From: Euglena gracilis
Taxonomy: Eukaryota
NCBI GenBank assembly: GCA_039621445.1
Contig: CP154954.1
Coordinates: forward strand, 16,138,140-16,202,139
Length of the DNA: 64,000 nucleotides
Reading direction: 5' to 3'
Under the pieces are notes generated by a model, which was not told the DNA's origin, searched no databases, and saw only the letters and a program-made list of their open reading frames with translations. Shown piece after piece: positions 25,589 through 39,090 of the stretch (positions within the stretch are counted from its first letter, which is position 1; each line of letters starts with the position of its first letter). The translations under genes were made by a program, and so were the position numbers.

Positions 25589-28500
25589 TATGGCGCAACA
25601 GCCCATCGTGGCCCCTGAGGACGTCCAATGCAGATGAAGGAGTCATTCAGCAGACGCCCGAGTCCCGGCGGCATTCACCTGACTGAACCCGACTGAAATC
25701 AGTGGTCACGAGGAGCGAGCGGACGGGTGTCGGGTGGTGGAACTGCGGCAGCAGAGGCGGGGAAAATCTGCGTGCTGTGGTACGACAACTTTTGGAAGCA
25801 CCAGATGCGCTCCACCCTTTCGAACCTGTCCGCACCCAGGACTGCACTGGCCATCCCGGAGTACCCAAAGTGCCCTTCCATGGAGAGGGTGCTGTGCTAC
25901 GTCCCGCTGGTGGCCAGGCGCCCAGTGCAGAAGCACCAGGTGCGCTCCACCCTTTCGAACCTGTCCGCACCCAGGACTGCACCGCCTAGCCATCGTGGCC
26001 ATCGTGCAGACGACCCTGGTGGCCATCCCGGAGTACCCAAAGTGCCCTTCCGTGGAGAGGGTGCTGTGCTACGTCCCGCTGGTGGCCAGGCGCCCAGTGC
26101 AATCAGTCCTGGCGGACTTCGTGCAGCATCACCAACATCGCTGTGTCCCCGCTGGATGGCAAAGCGTGGACGTTCCCAATCAGTACACTCAGGACTTTGT
26201 TTCTTCTTTCTCATGCCATATGCCGTGAAAAACAATAATTTTCAGTGGATTGCTAGCAGAATTGCAGATGTGCAAGCTTTGTGGTATCAATTGGTTTGGG
26301 CAATTGTCTTTACAAGTCTTCACAGGCACCGTTTGCGCAATTGTGATTCTAATGTTTCAACAAATGTCTGGGTTAGGAGTCAGTTCGAGTAAGGGATGGC
26401 ACGACAACAAAATCTGAATCCTGCCTTTTTGGGGGGTTGCCTCCGCGTCTCCACAGAGGCTCCGCGAAGGCTCCAAACGACCAGCCTCCACAGCGGCTCC
26501 TCAGAGGCTCTGTGGAGGCTCAGATGACCAATTTGCCAGAGCATGGCAAGACACATGGAAATGAACGGGAAGATCTCAAAAAAATGGAACGCAAAAAGAC
26601 ATTTGAGCCTCACCTTGCACAGAGTAGTGATGCCATTTTTGTTCTGGGGGGGGGCATCCCCTCCCCCAGACGAGGCTGGTGTCAAAAAATGACGCCAAAA
26701 AAGGTGCCCACAAAAAGTGAATTGCATGCCAAAAACTTGGCATTCAATGAGGTCCAAGTGCGGGGTGACAGGGGGGGGGTGGCAGCGAAGGGGTGTGTGT
26801 GGGGTGGCAGCAGGGGGGGGGGGGGAGGTGTGGGGGTGTGGGGGGGGGGGGGGACTGTGGGTGCACCACTTCACGCCATCTCTCACTTTGAGCTCGAGCC
26901 AAAAAAAAAAAACAACAAACCCGCCCCCAAAAAGGCCGAGGGATGACGCCCCAGGGACCATTACAAGCCGAAAAAGATTGCACACACACGCACACACGAA
27001 CATTACTCCCGTTTGATAAATCTTTTCTGTGGAATTTTCGATACTGCGGGCAAAAATCATAAACTTTCGATCGAGGGGGAGGTGTGGGAGGTCGATGCTG
27101 CTGGTTTCGTTCAGGTTCGGTCACACAAAAGAGCGACCCTGAAAAAGCAGTGGCGGGCTCGGGGCCCATTTTCCCTTTGAAACAGCCAACCTTTGCCATC
27201 GCTCCCCAACCATTTACCAAGCAAAACGATGCCTTGGGTCGTTAACACTCGGGGAACAGGAAAAAAGGCCGAGAAATGATGCCCCAGGGCCCATTATAAG
27301 CCAACAAAAAAATTGCACACGCACTCACACCGCACATTACTCCTATTTGACAAACCTTTTCTGTGGAATTTCCCCCTGAGTGCCCCCCCCCCCTGGGTCC
27401 AACCTTCAAGAAATCCCTGATTTAACAAGGAATCTGATTTTCCAAACCGCCCTTTCAGCTGTCCAGATTCGACTTGCTTGCTGCTTTATGAATCAGGGCA
27501 AGGATGATTATGCCATGGATTAGATAGGATTAAATGTGGCATCGACCGACAATCCTGAACGTAACCCAAACCCTAGCTCAAACCAAACCCCAACCTGAGG
27601 ACCCTTAAACCAGGTCCCCACCTGCTGGTGAGGTCCTGGCGTGGTCAATTGCCCTTTTTCTGCAGTGGAAAGCAGTACTCTTCCATTCACTTGCAAATTT
27701 TCTTCCGTTTTGCACACTTTTTTTTGCATTTTTGGAAGAGTTTTGCATTTGCATGGTTTTTTGTGTGTTTTTCCCTTTAATTCTTTTTTCCCAACATTCT
27801 CATTTTTTATTTTTCAGGATTTTTCTTTGCATTTTTTAGCACACTTTTGCACGCTTTTTTCCCTGAAGATGTCCAAAAGACAGATACAGACACTCAGACA
27901 CACATATTGACAAACAAACAAACATCCAGGCAGAGATGGGAAAATCCGTGATATTTTTTGCGGAGAGAAACTGGTCAAAACAGCATTCATTCATTCATTT
28001 CATAAAAACTGCAAAAAAAATCAGCTAATTGAGGTTTTGCAACTACAAAAAATCTTCAGAGTCCCCTCACAGAGGTGGGGAGCTTCATAGATCAGGGCTA
28101 TAATGGGGAGTTGGCGCCCTCACCATAACTAAAATGTATTGCACGTGTTGAGAGCTGCCCTAGATTCACCCAATATAAAGATTGTGGGTGCGACATGGCT
28201 CAGCGGAAGGATAACACTCCATGGCAGCAACCATCCTGTAGCAGCGGTTGCCGACTTCTGCTGGCAATCAGGGATGGGACAATCCAAAAGCAAGAGCAGA
28301 CCCTGAAACAAACGAGGAGAGTGGGGCAACCTGTGAATGTCCAATGCTCTCAGGCAATTGGGCTCCTTAGGTAAGTCCCAATTTTTTTCTTGTATATCCT
28401 TGTATAAAATCCTTGTATACAGATGAAAAATCTTAACATATTCAATAAATCTACAGTGTGCCCGGTAAATTATCAATTTTCGGGAAACTGTCACCTGTCA

Positions 28501-28747
28501 AATCAGTGAGTACAGAGGGAGGTGAAAGGTCCCTATAAAGATAGGTCAAGGGTGCAGTGCTTGTCCGGGTAGCCAACACAAAAATCCGAAAATGTGGTTT
28601 TTCCACACATTTGCGATCAGCAGCCACAGAAATGCAAGCAATTTTTTTCGACTCGGGAAATGTGATTTTTCAACAAGAATGTGAAAAATCTCAAAAAATA
28701 TAGGTACAGGTCTGCCTGCCCCATCCCATAACCCCCCCCACTTATAC

Positions 28748-29190
28748 CAGGGGGGGAAATGCAACTTGGCCCTGCAAATTATGCAAGTCAAAAAAATGCA
28801 AAAAAAATGCAAAAAAATGCAAAAAAAAATGCAACTTGCATGAAAACCTTGAGAAAAAGCTGGAATATGACAGAGCTTTGCTGCCTAAAATCAAAAAAAT
28901 TTCCAGGGCAAAATATTTTATGCAAAAAAAACGCAAAAAAAATGCAAAAAAAAATCCAAACATATGCCAACCAACTACAAAATTTTTCTCAAGGGCAAAA
29001 TATTTTATGAAAAAAAATGCAAAAAAATGCAAAAAATTCCAAACATACGGCAACCAACTACAAAAAATTTTTCCAGGGCAAAATATTTTATGCAAAAAAT
29101 GCAAAAAAAAAAGCATAAAAATGCAAATTTCAGGAAAACCTGATTATGCAAAAAAATGCAAATTATGCAAGTTGCATTCCCCCCCCCCTG
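28748..29190. mobile_element. Non-autonomous MITE of the 7-bp-TSD hAT family (same ends as 14349-16536)
   Basis: TIRs CAGGGGGGGAAATGCAACTTG / CAAGTTGCATTCCCCCCCCCCTG; perfect TSD CTTATAC at 28741-28747 and 29191-29197. Confidence 0.9.
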
Positions 29191-29646
29191 CTTATACCCC
29201 CCCCATTGGGCCCAACTACCAAACCATGACTTATAACCACCCCCAGAAGGAAAAATGAAGCAGCAACAGGCCGCCGGTCTGGAAAGCCCAAAATGATTGT
29301 TTGGGGAAAATTTTTGGTTTTTCCCCCGAAAAATGGCCGAAAACGGCAGAATCGGAAGCCTGCCATGCTGTTTTATGCCATAAATCAGCCACATCTCGGG
29401 GTTTGGCAGGAAGATATCGGGAAATCAAAATACCATTAGATAGGGCATTCCACGGGCTTCAATTTAGGTCTCTGGACATTTCCTCTGATTTCGCTTCATT
29501 TCCGAGATATTTTGGAAACATCGATTTTTCTGGCCCCCAAAAAAGCCCAAAATGGCCCAGAAATGGGCCGAAACTGGCCGAAAAAAATGCCGTAACTCTA
29601 TGGCTACACGAAGGGTTGGGGGGAAAAAGAAAAAAACACGGTTGGA

Positions 29647-30111
29647 TAAACCCCCCCCCAAAAATAAGACCCACCCAAAAAATAAGACCCCCCACAAAAA
29701 TAAGACTCCCCCTGGGCCGATCGAGCAAAAATCCAAAAATAAGACCCCCCCCCATAAATAAGACCCCCCTTTACGGCGCGAAGCGCCGGGGACGGTGAAC
29801 TTTTCCCCTGAAAAATGACCAAAAAACCCAATTTCATACACAAAAATGATGAAATTTCAAAAATTTTCGGATTTTTGAAGTTCAAAAAACACGGTAAATG
29901 TCAATTTACACTAATTTTCACATGGCGCGAAGCGCCGAGACAAAAATTATAGTCCTCTTGGGAACCTGAAAAATGGTGTTTTTTTCGGACCCGGGTCGGT
30001 CAAGAAAAAATCCAAAAATAAGACCCCCCCCAAAAATAAGACCCCCCCTGCAGGCTTCCAGCAACGGACCCAAAAATAAGACCCGGGTCTTATTTTTTGG
30101 GGGGGGGTTTA
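29647..30111. mobile_element. MITE-like element with AAAATAAGACCC subterminal repeats
   Basis: Inverted ends TAAACCCCCCCCCAAAAATAAGAC / GTCTTATTTTTTGGGGGGGGGTTTA; TSD not resolved. Confidence 0.55.
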
Positions 30112-31835
30112 GGGCATTCCAAGGGCTTCATTTTTACTCTGCGGACATTTTCTTTGATTTTGCTTCATTGTCGAGATAATTTGGAAAAATCGATTTTTGA
30201 CCAAAAAAAACGGCCCAAAAAAAAACACCCAAAATGGCCATTTTGGGCCGCCGCAAAAGCGTGCCGGAACACGGGCCAGGCGTGTCGGCGGCCAAAACGG
30301 TGAAGGGGGGGGGCGATGGAGGGCCTCCGGGGGTACATTTCGTCAGACCGCATTTCCGGAAATAATGTACGCTTTCTCAAGATATTTTCGAAAAATCGAA
30401 TTTTTGACCGACGGGTGACCCATTTTTGGACCCTGGCGAAATGGCAGAGTCGGAAGGGGGGGCGGGGCGGGCCAATCCTACCCAGTTTGGACCCCTTCGC
30501 GGCTGAATAACTTGGGCCTGGCGGGGAGTTGGGGGTCAAACGGAGGTGATTTGGAAACTAGAAATCCAGTCGCGACTGAAAAAAAAATTCCGGGAACGGA
30601 GCTGGGATCATGGTGATAATCCGCCGGTTCCTGAGGTGGCCCCGACCCGGGGGGGGGGAGGGTGGGGGCGGTTCGAACCCCCCCCCCATTTCCCCAGGGG
30701 TAAGCTTCGCTCTTACCCATAAAGGGATAAGAGCTCGGCGACTCCCCCCTATCACCTTCCTCATGTCTGCAGAGCTTCCCATACAACCCTGGGGCCGGGC
30801 TGGGCCGCCCTGGCTGCCACAAGCCTCAAACGTCTGCTGCAGCATGGCACCATCAGACACATGAAGAGCTCAGCACAAAACCTGGTTTACAAGGTAGGTG
30901 GAAGGTTGCTTTGAAGGCGGTTCAGGGTTGGCACAGGGGACGTTTTCCCGGGTATGTGCGATGATGGCCCCGCACATTCCACAGAACCAGCCCAAATCCC
31001 ATCTCAGAGTTGCGCCTGGTGGATTGGTGCTTTGTCGGGCAATTGCGACTGCTTAATCCAGATTGCACCGCTGCGGGATTGCAGAAATATGGTTTGGCAT
31101 CGAGTGATACAGATACAGATAAAGAAAAATAAAAATTGCCGAAAATGTATCGGTTTGGGCGTATTTATTGGCCTTTCTCACAAGTGAAATCTTGGTGAAA
31201 CTGGTTGACCCCCATCACTGCGAAACATCCACTTGAAAGAAAAAAAAAAAAGGCCCCTGATTTTAACCCCATGAGCACGAGCACCAGTTTGCAGGGTCGG
31301 ATGTGTGTGCAGTCAGAGTGTTTTCTAACCGCGAGCAAGAATTGGCAGGGCTGATGTGCTTGTAGGGACTTGATGGGTTTCTTTCGAGGGAGCTGGGGGT
31401 AAACCCTGGGGTTTGGCATTATGACCTCATTTTGAGGTGGTTGCTACTCAGTTCTAAGTGCTCCAACCCGGTACTCGCAACTCTGAGGTGTTATTCAGCA
31501 TGGTTCTGTTGGAGTGGGGGTTGGTGCCATTCTTTTTTCCCATTTCTTTTTCAGGGATTGAAAATTCTCTGTGGACGTGGGTATGAGAATTTATGGGCAC
31601 GCTGGAGATAACCACACAGCTTGTCTTCCACATTTTTAAAAAATTTTCTATCCCCTTTTTTCAGAGCGTTCTGGTCTCCGAATATGATTGCGACTTTGGC
31701 CGACACCACCATCCTTTTAAGGCCATTTTTTTGCTCATCCAATCTTTTTCTTCAACCCCAAATTCCCACCTCTGGTATGAATTTTGCGAAAGTGCAACCC
31801 ACTCCCAAGCACAATAAGGCCACGATAGATGCATA

Positions 31836-32248
31836 CATTCCCCCCCCCCCTTGTCCTTGACACGCCAAAATACGGGAAAGTGCGGTTGACATGGGGGGGT
31901 GTGTCATGGACACGCCGTGTCATGGGAACCGTACCACAACAACATGCAGCAAAATGATGGCCAGGTAATCTAGGCCTCGGTTTTTTTTAAGGGCCCAATC
32001 ACCATTAGCATCAACAATAACTCCATTGGAGCGCTCATATCTCACTAAATCACCAAACTCAAAAGAAGATAAGTTCAAAGCCATGGTTCTGTACAGAAAA
32101 TGGCAACCAATTAGCTCCAGAGACGAGCTCCAGAGACGTGAAGTGTGTCAAAAATACTTTACTCTTTTTAGGTACGGGAAAAGTGCGGTTGACACGGGGG
32201 GGGGGGTGTCATGGACAAGGCGTGTCAAGGACAAGGGGGGGGGGAATG
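31836..32248. mobile_element. Tc1/mariner/pogo-type MITE, TA TSD
   Basis: TIR CATTCCCCCCCCCC(CC)TTGTCCTTGACACGCC; TA on both sides; single TA at the empty site ~36264-36265. Confidence 0.87.
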
Positions 32249-33246
32249 TAAGATGATGTGCGACTTTTTTTGCAAGTGACCAGAGCTTTGAACCTGGTGC
32301 ACCAGGAGGCTTTCGGACGCAAAAACACGATTCCAAATAATTGGTAAAAATGCTGATAATTGTGGGACCCCCCTACTCAAGGACCAGTGAAAAATACAGC
32401 ACTTAACAGGTACCCTCCCCCTCTTGTCCAAGACAAGCCAAGTGTTCAAGGAAAGTGCCCTTGACAGGGGGGGGGGTCTCAACAACCGCTGTTTCAACGG
32501 CACGATACCATGATAATGTTTTTCTCATTGCGGTTTGATCACCCAACAACCATGGCCTCCACAAGAGGAAGATGATTGCGCGGGCTGTCGGTCCTTGGAC
32601 TCAATCACGAGGCCGCTTGGACCACGTATTGAGGGCCATCGCTAGGGTCCCTGGGCGGTTGGGAAACGAGGAAGTGCCATTGGCACTTAATTCTGGCGGG
32701 GATACAAAAAAAGGCAGTTTCCTTGACATGAGGAGGTGCTGTGGTCCTCAATGTGTAACAGGGATGTGCAGTTCTGGCAGACAAAACCCAATTCATTGGG
32801 TGACAAAAATCCTATGAATCAGTAAATTAAAGGAACACAGATTGAAATGGTGATTCAGGAAATGAATCCATTCCTTCTTTTAACAATGCCTCCGTTACTC
32901 TGCAAGTAGTTTGAAAACCCTCCGGTATATGGCCCAAGGACCTTCAAAAGAGTACGGATTGTGCACCGTATGGTAGGCTGGCTTACTTCCGGGGGACACA
33001 GGGGGAGGCAGGCTGCGACCCATCTGAGGGGGATCAGGGGCAGGCAGACCCTCACTGCGACATCAGTTCCCCATCTTTCAGAGCATCTGCCTGGCCGCCA
33101 CGTACGTGATGCAACAGGGGTGCGTGGGAGAGGACCACGTCAGTTGCAGCTACAGCAATGCTGTGCTCTGCCCGAGATCCAATCCCATCCATACAGTTGC
33201 CTAGCAAATTGGTGCTTACGCCCAGTCATGCCACAGGTATTTGGTG

Positions 33247-33556
33247 CATGCTTGTGCTTACCGACCAGGGGGGGAGGGTGGGTGGGTGCTATAGAGTGCC
33301 TGCCCCTAGCAGGCACACCCCCCAGGGGGGGGTAGGGGTCCGGGGGGCCCAGAAAATCTTCATTGAAAATGGCCTTTCCCAGGCCCCCAGCGCCTTCGGC
33401 GCCGGGGTCAGAGGGGGGTTGCCTGCTATGGGCAGGCCCCCCCCAAAACCCTCCCCCCCCCTAGGGGGGGGGGGTCGGATCGGGTGCCATGGGGTGCCTG
33501 CCCCTAGCACCCACCCACTCCCCCGTGGGGTAGGCACCCGACTAAGCACAAGCCTG
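33247..33556. mobile_element. hAT-type MITE, 8-bp TSD (same family as 60239-60541)
   Basis: TIR CA(T/G)GCTTGTGCTTA; flanks ATTTGGTG / GTTTGGTG. Confidence 0.85.
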
Positions 33557-33820
33557 GTTTGGTGGGGTTCTCCCTGGGCAGGTACAAAGGGTAAACCACC
33601 AGATTTGGGACAAAAATCCAAAGGCCATGCCCCCAAAAAGAAACCAGACAAAGAGGCCAAGAGAAGGGATGAGGGTTCAAAAAAAAGGCAGTCAGGAGGG
33701 GAGGCAGGAATAAGCAACCTTGCATGTCCCCATGTCCGACCACATGAAGCAGGGATCGGGCGAGTGGAGCCGATGGGAACGCAGCGCAGTCAGCCTGGGT
33801 GCCCTCGGAGGGGGCCCATT

Positions 33821-33957
33821 CAGCGAATTTCTTGAGAACCCCCTCTGGCGGGGTCCAAACGGCTGGCTGGAAAAAAATGCTGGCTGGACCCCCTCATTAC
33901 TTTGTTTTTTACTTTATTACTACTCCCCCCCCCGGGGAGGGGGGTCGAGTGGTAACC

Positions 33958-33992
<35 letters not shown>

Positions 33993-34057
33993 CGGCCAGC
34001 TAAACCGGACGCCCCCCCCCCCGGGATAGGGTAGGGTCCAGCTTAAGAAATTCCCTG
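33821..34057. mobile_element. hAT-type MITE, 8-bp TSD
   Basis: Ends CAGCGAATTTCTTGAG / CTTAAGAAATTCCCTG; flanks GGCCCATT / CGCCCATT. Confidence 0.8.
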
Positions 34058-34882
34058 CGCCCATTGCGGCGGGCAGCAGTCCAGCACCCCAGGGTGTGTC
34101 GGCTCTGGGGAGGGGGGGAGGGAGCTGGCAGTCCTGTCCTCCGAAGGCAGCAAGGCTGCTAACCCCACCCAAGGCACAGAAATGTTCCAGGAATGTGCGT
34201 TGACACAGGGGGGGGGGGTTGTCAAGGGCACTTGTGTCAGACAAGGGGACGGTCCTTAGGGATGGGCCAGTCGAGAGCTCTTGGAATTTTCGGGAAAGGC
34301 TTTCACCACACCGATTCTGGGTTCCCTGGCACCGCGGTGAACTTGAAACAAAATCAAAGTCCATTTTGAGCAAGAATGGCTTTGGGGAGGGTGCAAGTGG
34401 TTCGGACGCTCTTGTCTGAACGGCGGCAAGAATGCTTTCATATTCTATGCTTTCCAGGGGAACGCGGTTCCTACCACAGAAATATTTCACAGGATTTTCT
34501 CTGTACAACAGGTTTTGCGACTCTTAAATTGTGAACTTGTGATACCCACCACACAATTTTTTACCGACCCCCGGGGGGTAGGGGGGTCACTCCACTTTTT
34601 TAAAAACCAGTCAGCCACTCTCTTTCGGAAAACCAGCCAGTCACTATCTATGACTGTCTATCTATGACTGCTGACTGTGTGCTGAATACTCTTGTCTGTG
34701 TGCTGCAGACCGTATGAACGTGCTCTGCTTCACACTCCCAGGGATGGGGTTTGAAAAAGCAGGGGGAGGGTCGGACCGTCCCTGCGTCAACAAGAGAGCC
34801 CGAAGCCACATTCTCTGTGTTTTTGAACTCCCCACTGGAGATCCAGGACAAATGTGCAATACCTACTGGCATCCCAACTCCA

Positions 34883-34956
34883 GGTTTAGGGTTGGGGTTT
34901 TGGGTTATTGGTTCGGGATGGGGTCAGTGTCAGGGTTAGGAAGGTTAGGGTTAGGA
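34883..34956 (+). repeat. Degenerate TTAGGG-like tract
   Basis: GGTTTAGGGTTGGGGTTTTGGGTT...CAGGGTTAGGAAGGTTAGGGTTAGG; similar short tracts at ~27560-27600 / 38063-38105 and ~38970-38985. Confidence 0.45.
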
Positions 34957-37900
34957 TTCATCCCGTTAAGACTAAAATTCGACAAAAATTAGGCCTAATT
35001 CAGCTAAATTTAGAGCCAATTTGGCCAAATTTAACTTTGGCCCTCTTCTGAACGACAATTGCAACTCTAACCCCTATTCCTAAAATGACAGAGATTTCGA
35101 TAAGCCATCGAAACCCCCGTCCGTTTGTGGAAAGTGGAAAGTACCAAAGGAATCCAGACAAGCACGCCAAAGTCCTCGGAGAAACTAAATCGTCGTGACG
35201 GAGCCGCGGCAGACTGTCCGTGGCTGGTGTGGCGCCAAAGCCCTGGTTGTCTCTGAAATGTTTGAGGGACGGCAGCGGAGGAGAGGGGTTCGGTGTGAAT
35301 AGATGGCTTGTTGTTTTTTCACCCGGGGTCAGTGGAAATGGATTCCCTCATTTTTTTTCGGCCCCCTGGCCACAAGAAAGGGGTATATGGCCATTTTTGG
35401 CTGTTTTTGGCCTCTTTTTCGTAATTTCAACCACTTTGGCGGCTATGGACTTAAGCTGGGGGTGGGGAGATTGGTAGTCAACCGATTCAGAAAAGCCAAG
35501 TCCACATGCAAGTTGCACCCCCTGTGGCTCGGACCATGTAAACTTCGAGTTAGCCTGCTGATATCGGGCCCCCCAAGGTCCAGAATGGAGGAAAGGACTG
35601 AAAGCCGTAGGGGGAGTTGGGGAAACGACGAGGGGGAAGAGGTCCTCTTTGTTTGGATCGGTCGGGACTTGGGTGCAGTGCTGGGCACCACGCTGCCCTC
35701 TGAAAGACACAGAATCCAACTCCCTGCCAACAAAAAGCCGTCTTTCGTCCCTAAGCGGGTGGCCAACGCACGAGTGTGGGGGGTCCAGAAACCCCCTTTG
35801 GTTGACATTTTTCTGGAGCATAATTTTTTTCTCGTGTTGGCCAAAATTTTTAGGGTCATTCAGTCAAGGCATTTGGCAATTGTGTGACATCTTCCCAGCC
35901 ATTGCTTCGAATGTTTTCCCCTTTGAGTTTGGTGATTTGGTGCAATATGAGAGGTCAAATGGTACAATTGTGGAGGCCATGGTTGTTGGGTCACCAAACC
36001 GCAGTGAGAAAAGCATTATTATAGGACCGTGTCGTTGACACAGCGTGCCATTGCCCCCCCCCTGTCAACAGTACCTGTTAATGCCCATCGAGAGTGTTTT
36101 TTTTTCACTGGTCCTTGTGGGGGGGTCCCACAATTACTAGCATTTTGACCAATTACTTGGAATCGTGTTTTTCCATCTGAAGGCCTCCTGGTGCACCAGG
36201 TTTGTGGAAACCTAGTTTTTTGAACCCAAAGCTCTGGTCACCTGCAAAAGTCCCACATCATCTTAGCATCTATCGTGGCTTACTTTGCTTGGGAGTTGGG
36301 TGCTCTTTCGCAAAAATTCATACCAGGCGTGGAAAATTGGAGTTGTAGAAGACTGGCTGAGCAAAAAAATGGCCTGAGAAAAGGATAGGTGGTGTCGACA
36401 AAAGCCGGAATCACATATTTGGAGGCCAAAAATACTTTGAAAAAACGAGGTTAAAACAGTAATCATTATTAATTAATTATTAATTATTATTAAATCGTGA
36501 AATTAAAAAAAAGGCAAACTATGTGATTGTCTCCAGTGTGCCTGGTAATTTTCATACCCACGTGCCCAGAAAATTTTAATCTCCTGAAAATCGTGGGAAA
36601 AATAATGGCACCCCACACCCCACAGAACCATGCCGACGCACCTCCCAGAGTTGCGAGCACTGGTGGAGCGCTTGGGCAGGCTTTTGCGACTGCTTAGAAC
36701 TGAGTAGCACCGCCTGAGAGTCAGGTCATGTCAAACCCCAGGGTCTACCCCCCCCCCCCCAAAGAAGCCCATCCAGTACCTGCATTTCAGCCTGCCAATA
36801 CTTGCTCGCGGTTCAACGTCCGCAACTGGTACGCATGCTCAATGAGGTTCAAGTAGAGTGTTCGCAGTGGATGCGGCCACCAGTTCACCAGGATTTCATT
36901 TGTGAGAAGGCCAATGAAATACGCCCCAAAAGCGTTCCATCGCAGCATTTTTATATCGTATCATTCGATGCCAAACCATATTTCTGTAATCCCGCAGTGG
37001 CGCTACCTGGAGCAGTCGCAACTGCCTGACAAAGCGTCGTTCCACCACTCTCAAGTCTGAGAGGCGATTTGGGATGGTTGTGTGGAAGGTGGGGAGCCAT
37101 TAGTGCACCAACCCAGGAAACTGCCTTGTACCCTCTGGGCCCGCAAACCTGTCTTCAAAGGAACCTGTCAACTTCATTGTGAACCCCCCACTTTTTATCC
37201 CCTGGCCCCCCCCCCCTTGTCCTTGACACGGCTGGTCTATGACACTCCCCGCTCCTCACTCCTAAGGAGCCCCTATTGCACGAGAGCATTGGACATTCAC
37301 AGGTTGCCCCACTCTCCTCGTTTGTTTCAGGGTCTGCTCTTGCTTTGGATTGTCCCATCCCTGATCGCCAGCAGGAGTCGGCAGCCACAGGATGGTTGCT
37401 GCCAAGGAGTCTTATCCACACACACACGCACAACACACACAAACACACACTGCATATGGTGAATCTAGGGCAGCTCTCACCATGTGCGGTCCATTCTAGC
37501 TATGGTGAGGGCGTCACCCCCCCCCCCCATTGTAACCTTGATCTATGAAGCTCCCCATCTCTGTTAGGGGGTCTCTGAAGGCTTTTAGTACTTGCAAAAT
37601 CACAATAAACTGATTTTTTTTGCAATTTTTATGAAATAATGAAATAATGAATGCCATTTTGACCATTATTCCCCCCCAAAAAAAGTCACGGATTTTCACA
37701 TTTCTGGCTGGATGTTTGCTTGTTAACATGTGTGTCTGGGTGTCTGTATCTGCCTGTTTGGACGTCCTCAGGGATAATTCATTGGGCCTGTGTTTAAAAA
37801 AAGAGTGCAGAGGTGTTCTAAAATCTTGAGGTAAACAATTCAAAATAATATCATTAAGAAATGCAAAAAACGAAAAAATGAAAAAATGGGGGAAATTAAT

Positions 37901-39090
37901 AAAAGGGAAAAACACAAAAGACCATGCAAATGAAAAACTCTTCCAAAGGCAAAAAAGCGTGAAAAGTGGAAGAAATTTTCCAAGTAAATGGAAGAGTATT
38001 GCTTTCCATTGCAGAAAAAGGGCGATTAATCATCACCAGCAGGAGGCGGCCTGGCTTAAGGCGGGTTAGGGTTTGGTTTGAGCCAGGGTTAGGGTTACGG
38101 TTAGGCTTGTCGGTCGACGCCACATTTACTCTATCTAATCCATGGCATAATCATCCTCACCCTGATTCAGAAACCAGCTGGCAAGTTGAATTTGGACGGC
38201 TGCAGGGCGGGTTGTAAATTCGGCTTCGTTCCTAAATCAGGGATTTTTTTGAAGATTGGACTCAGGGAGGGTGGTCCGCCGGACCCATTTCCCCTTAGGG
38301 AGAGTCTGGCCGAGTGGGTACCCCCTTGAGGGAATTTTTTTGCTGTTTTATTATTATTCTTGTTGGCTCCAAGTTTCCAAGGCGAAGGCGAAAATTTTTT
38401 TTACCGCAAAGTGAGAGATGGCGTAAAGTGGATCCCCCAAAGTCCCCCCCCCCCCCACATCCCCCCACACCTCACATCCCCCCCACTACTGCCCCCCCCC
38501 CACATACCCCTCCCCTGTCACCCCCTGACACCCCACATTTGGACCTCAATCAATGCCATTTTTCTGGCATACAAATCACTTTTTGTGGGCACCGTTTTTG
38601 CGTCATTTTTTGACAACGGCCTCGCCTGGGAGAGTGGCCCCCCCGGACCCCCCCCCAAATAAAAATGACATCGCTATTCTGTGCAAGGTAAGGCTCAAAT
38701 GTATTTTTTGTGTGCCAGTTTTTTTTCATTTTTTTCCCCGTTCATTTCCATGTCCTACCATGGTCTGGCAAATTGGTTACCTGAGCCTCCACGGAGGCTG
38801 GTTACCCGGATCCTCTGCGGAGCCTCTGCAGAGCCTCTGTGGAGGCTGGTTACTTGGAGTCTTCACGGAGGCTGGTTACCCGGAGCCTACATGGGGGCTC
38901 CGCGGAGGCAACCAAAATGGCAGGATTCAGATTTTGTTGTGGAGCTATCCCTTACCTGAACTGTTGCCTTAACCGTAACCCTAACACTTGTTGAATATTA
39001 GAAATCGCAATTACACAAACGGTGCCTGTGAAGACTTTGCGCAATTGCGCAAACCAATTGATACCACAAAGCTTGCCATCTGCAATTCTG

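Larger units (their letters stand above)
23866..26228 (+). pseudogene. Degraded, apparently intron-free ORF of unknown function (VLWYDNFWK motif), interrupted by the Tc1 element
   Basis: GC-balanced coding-like sequence: KILGRCVQEHFVEGYEVF...ELLLRDAxVLYR...CVLWYDNFWKHQ...TQDCTA...AIPEYP. It has stops, frameshifts and an internal ~135-bp duplication (~25795-26100). The peptides are conserved in the right-arm copy. Confidence 0.5.

Noticed and set aside
35880-36020. Peptide FEFGDLVQYERSNGTIVEAMVVG as an SH3/Tudor-like exon
   Set aside because: Looks protein-like but is too short to assign or to link to other exons without a search.
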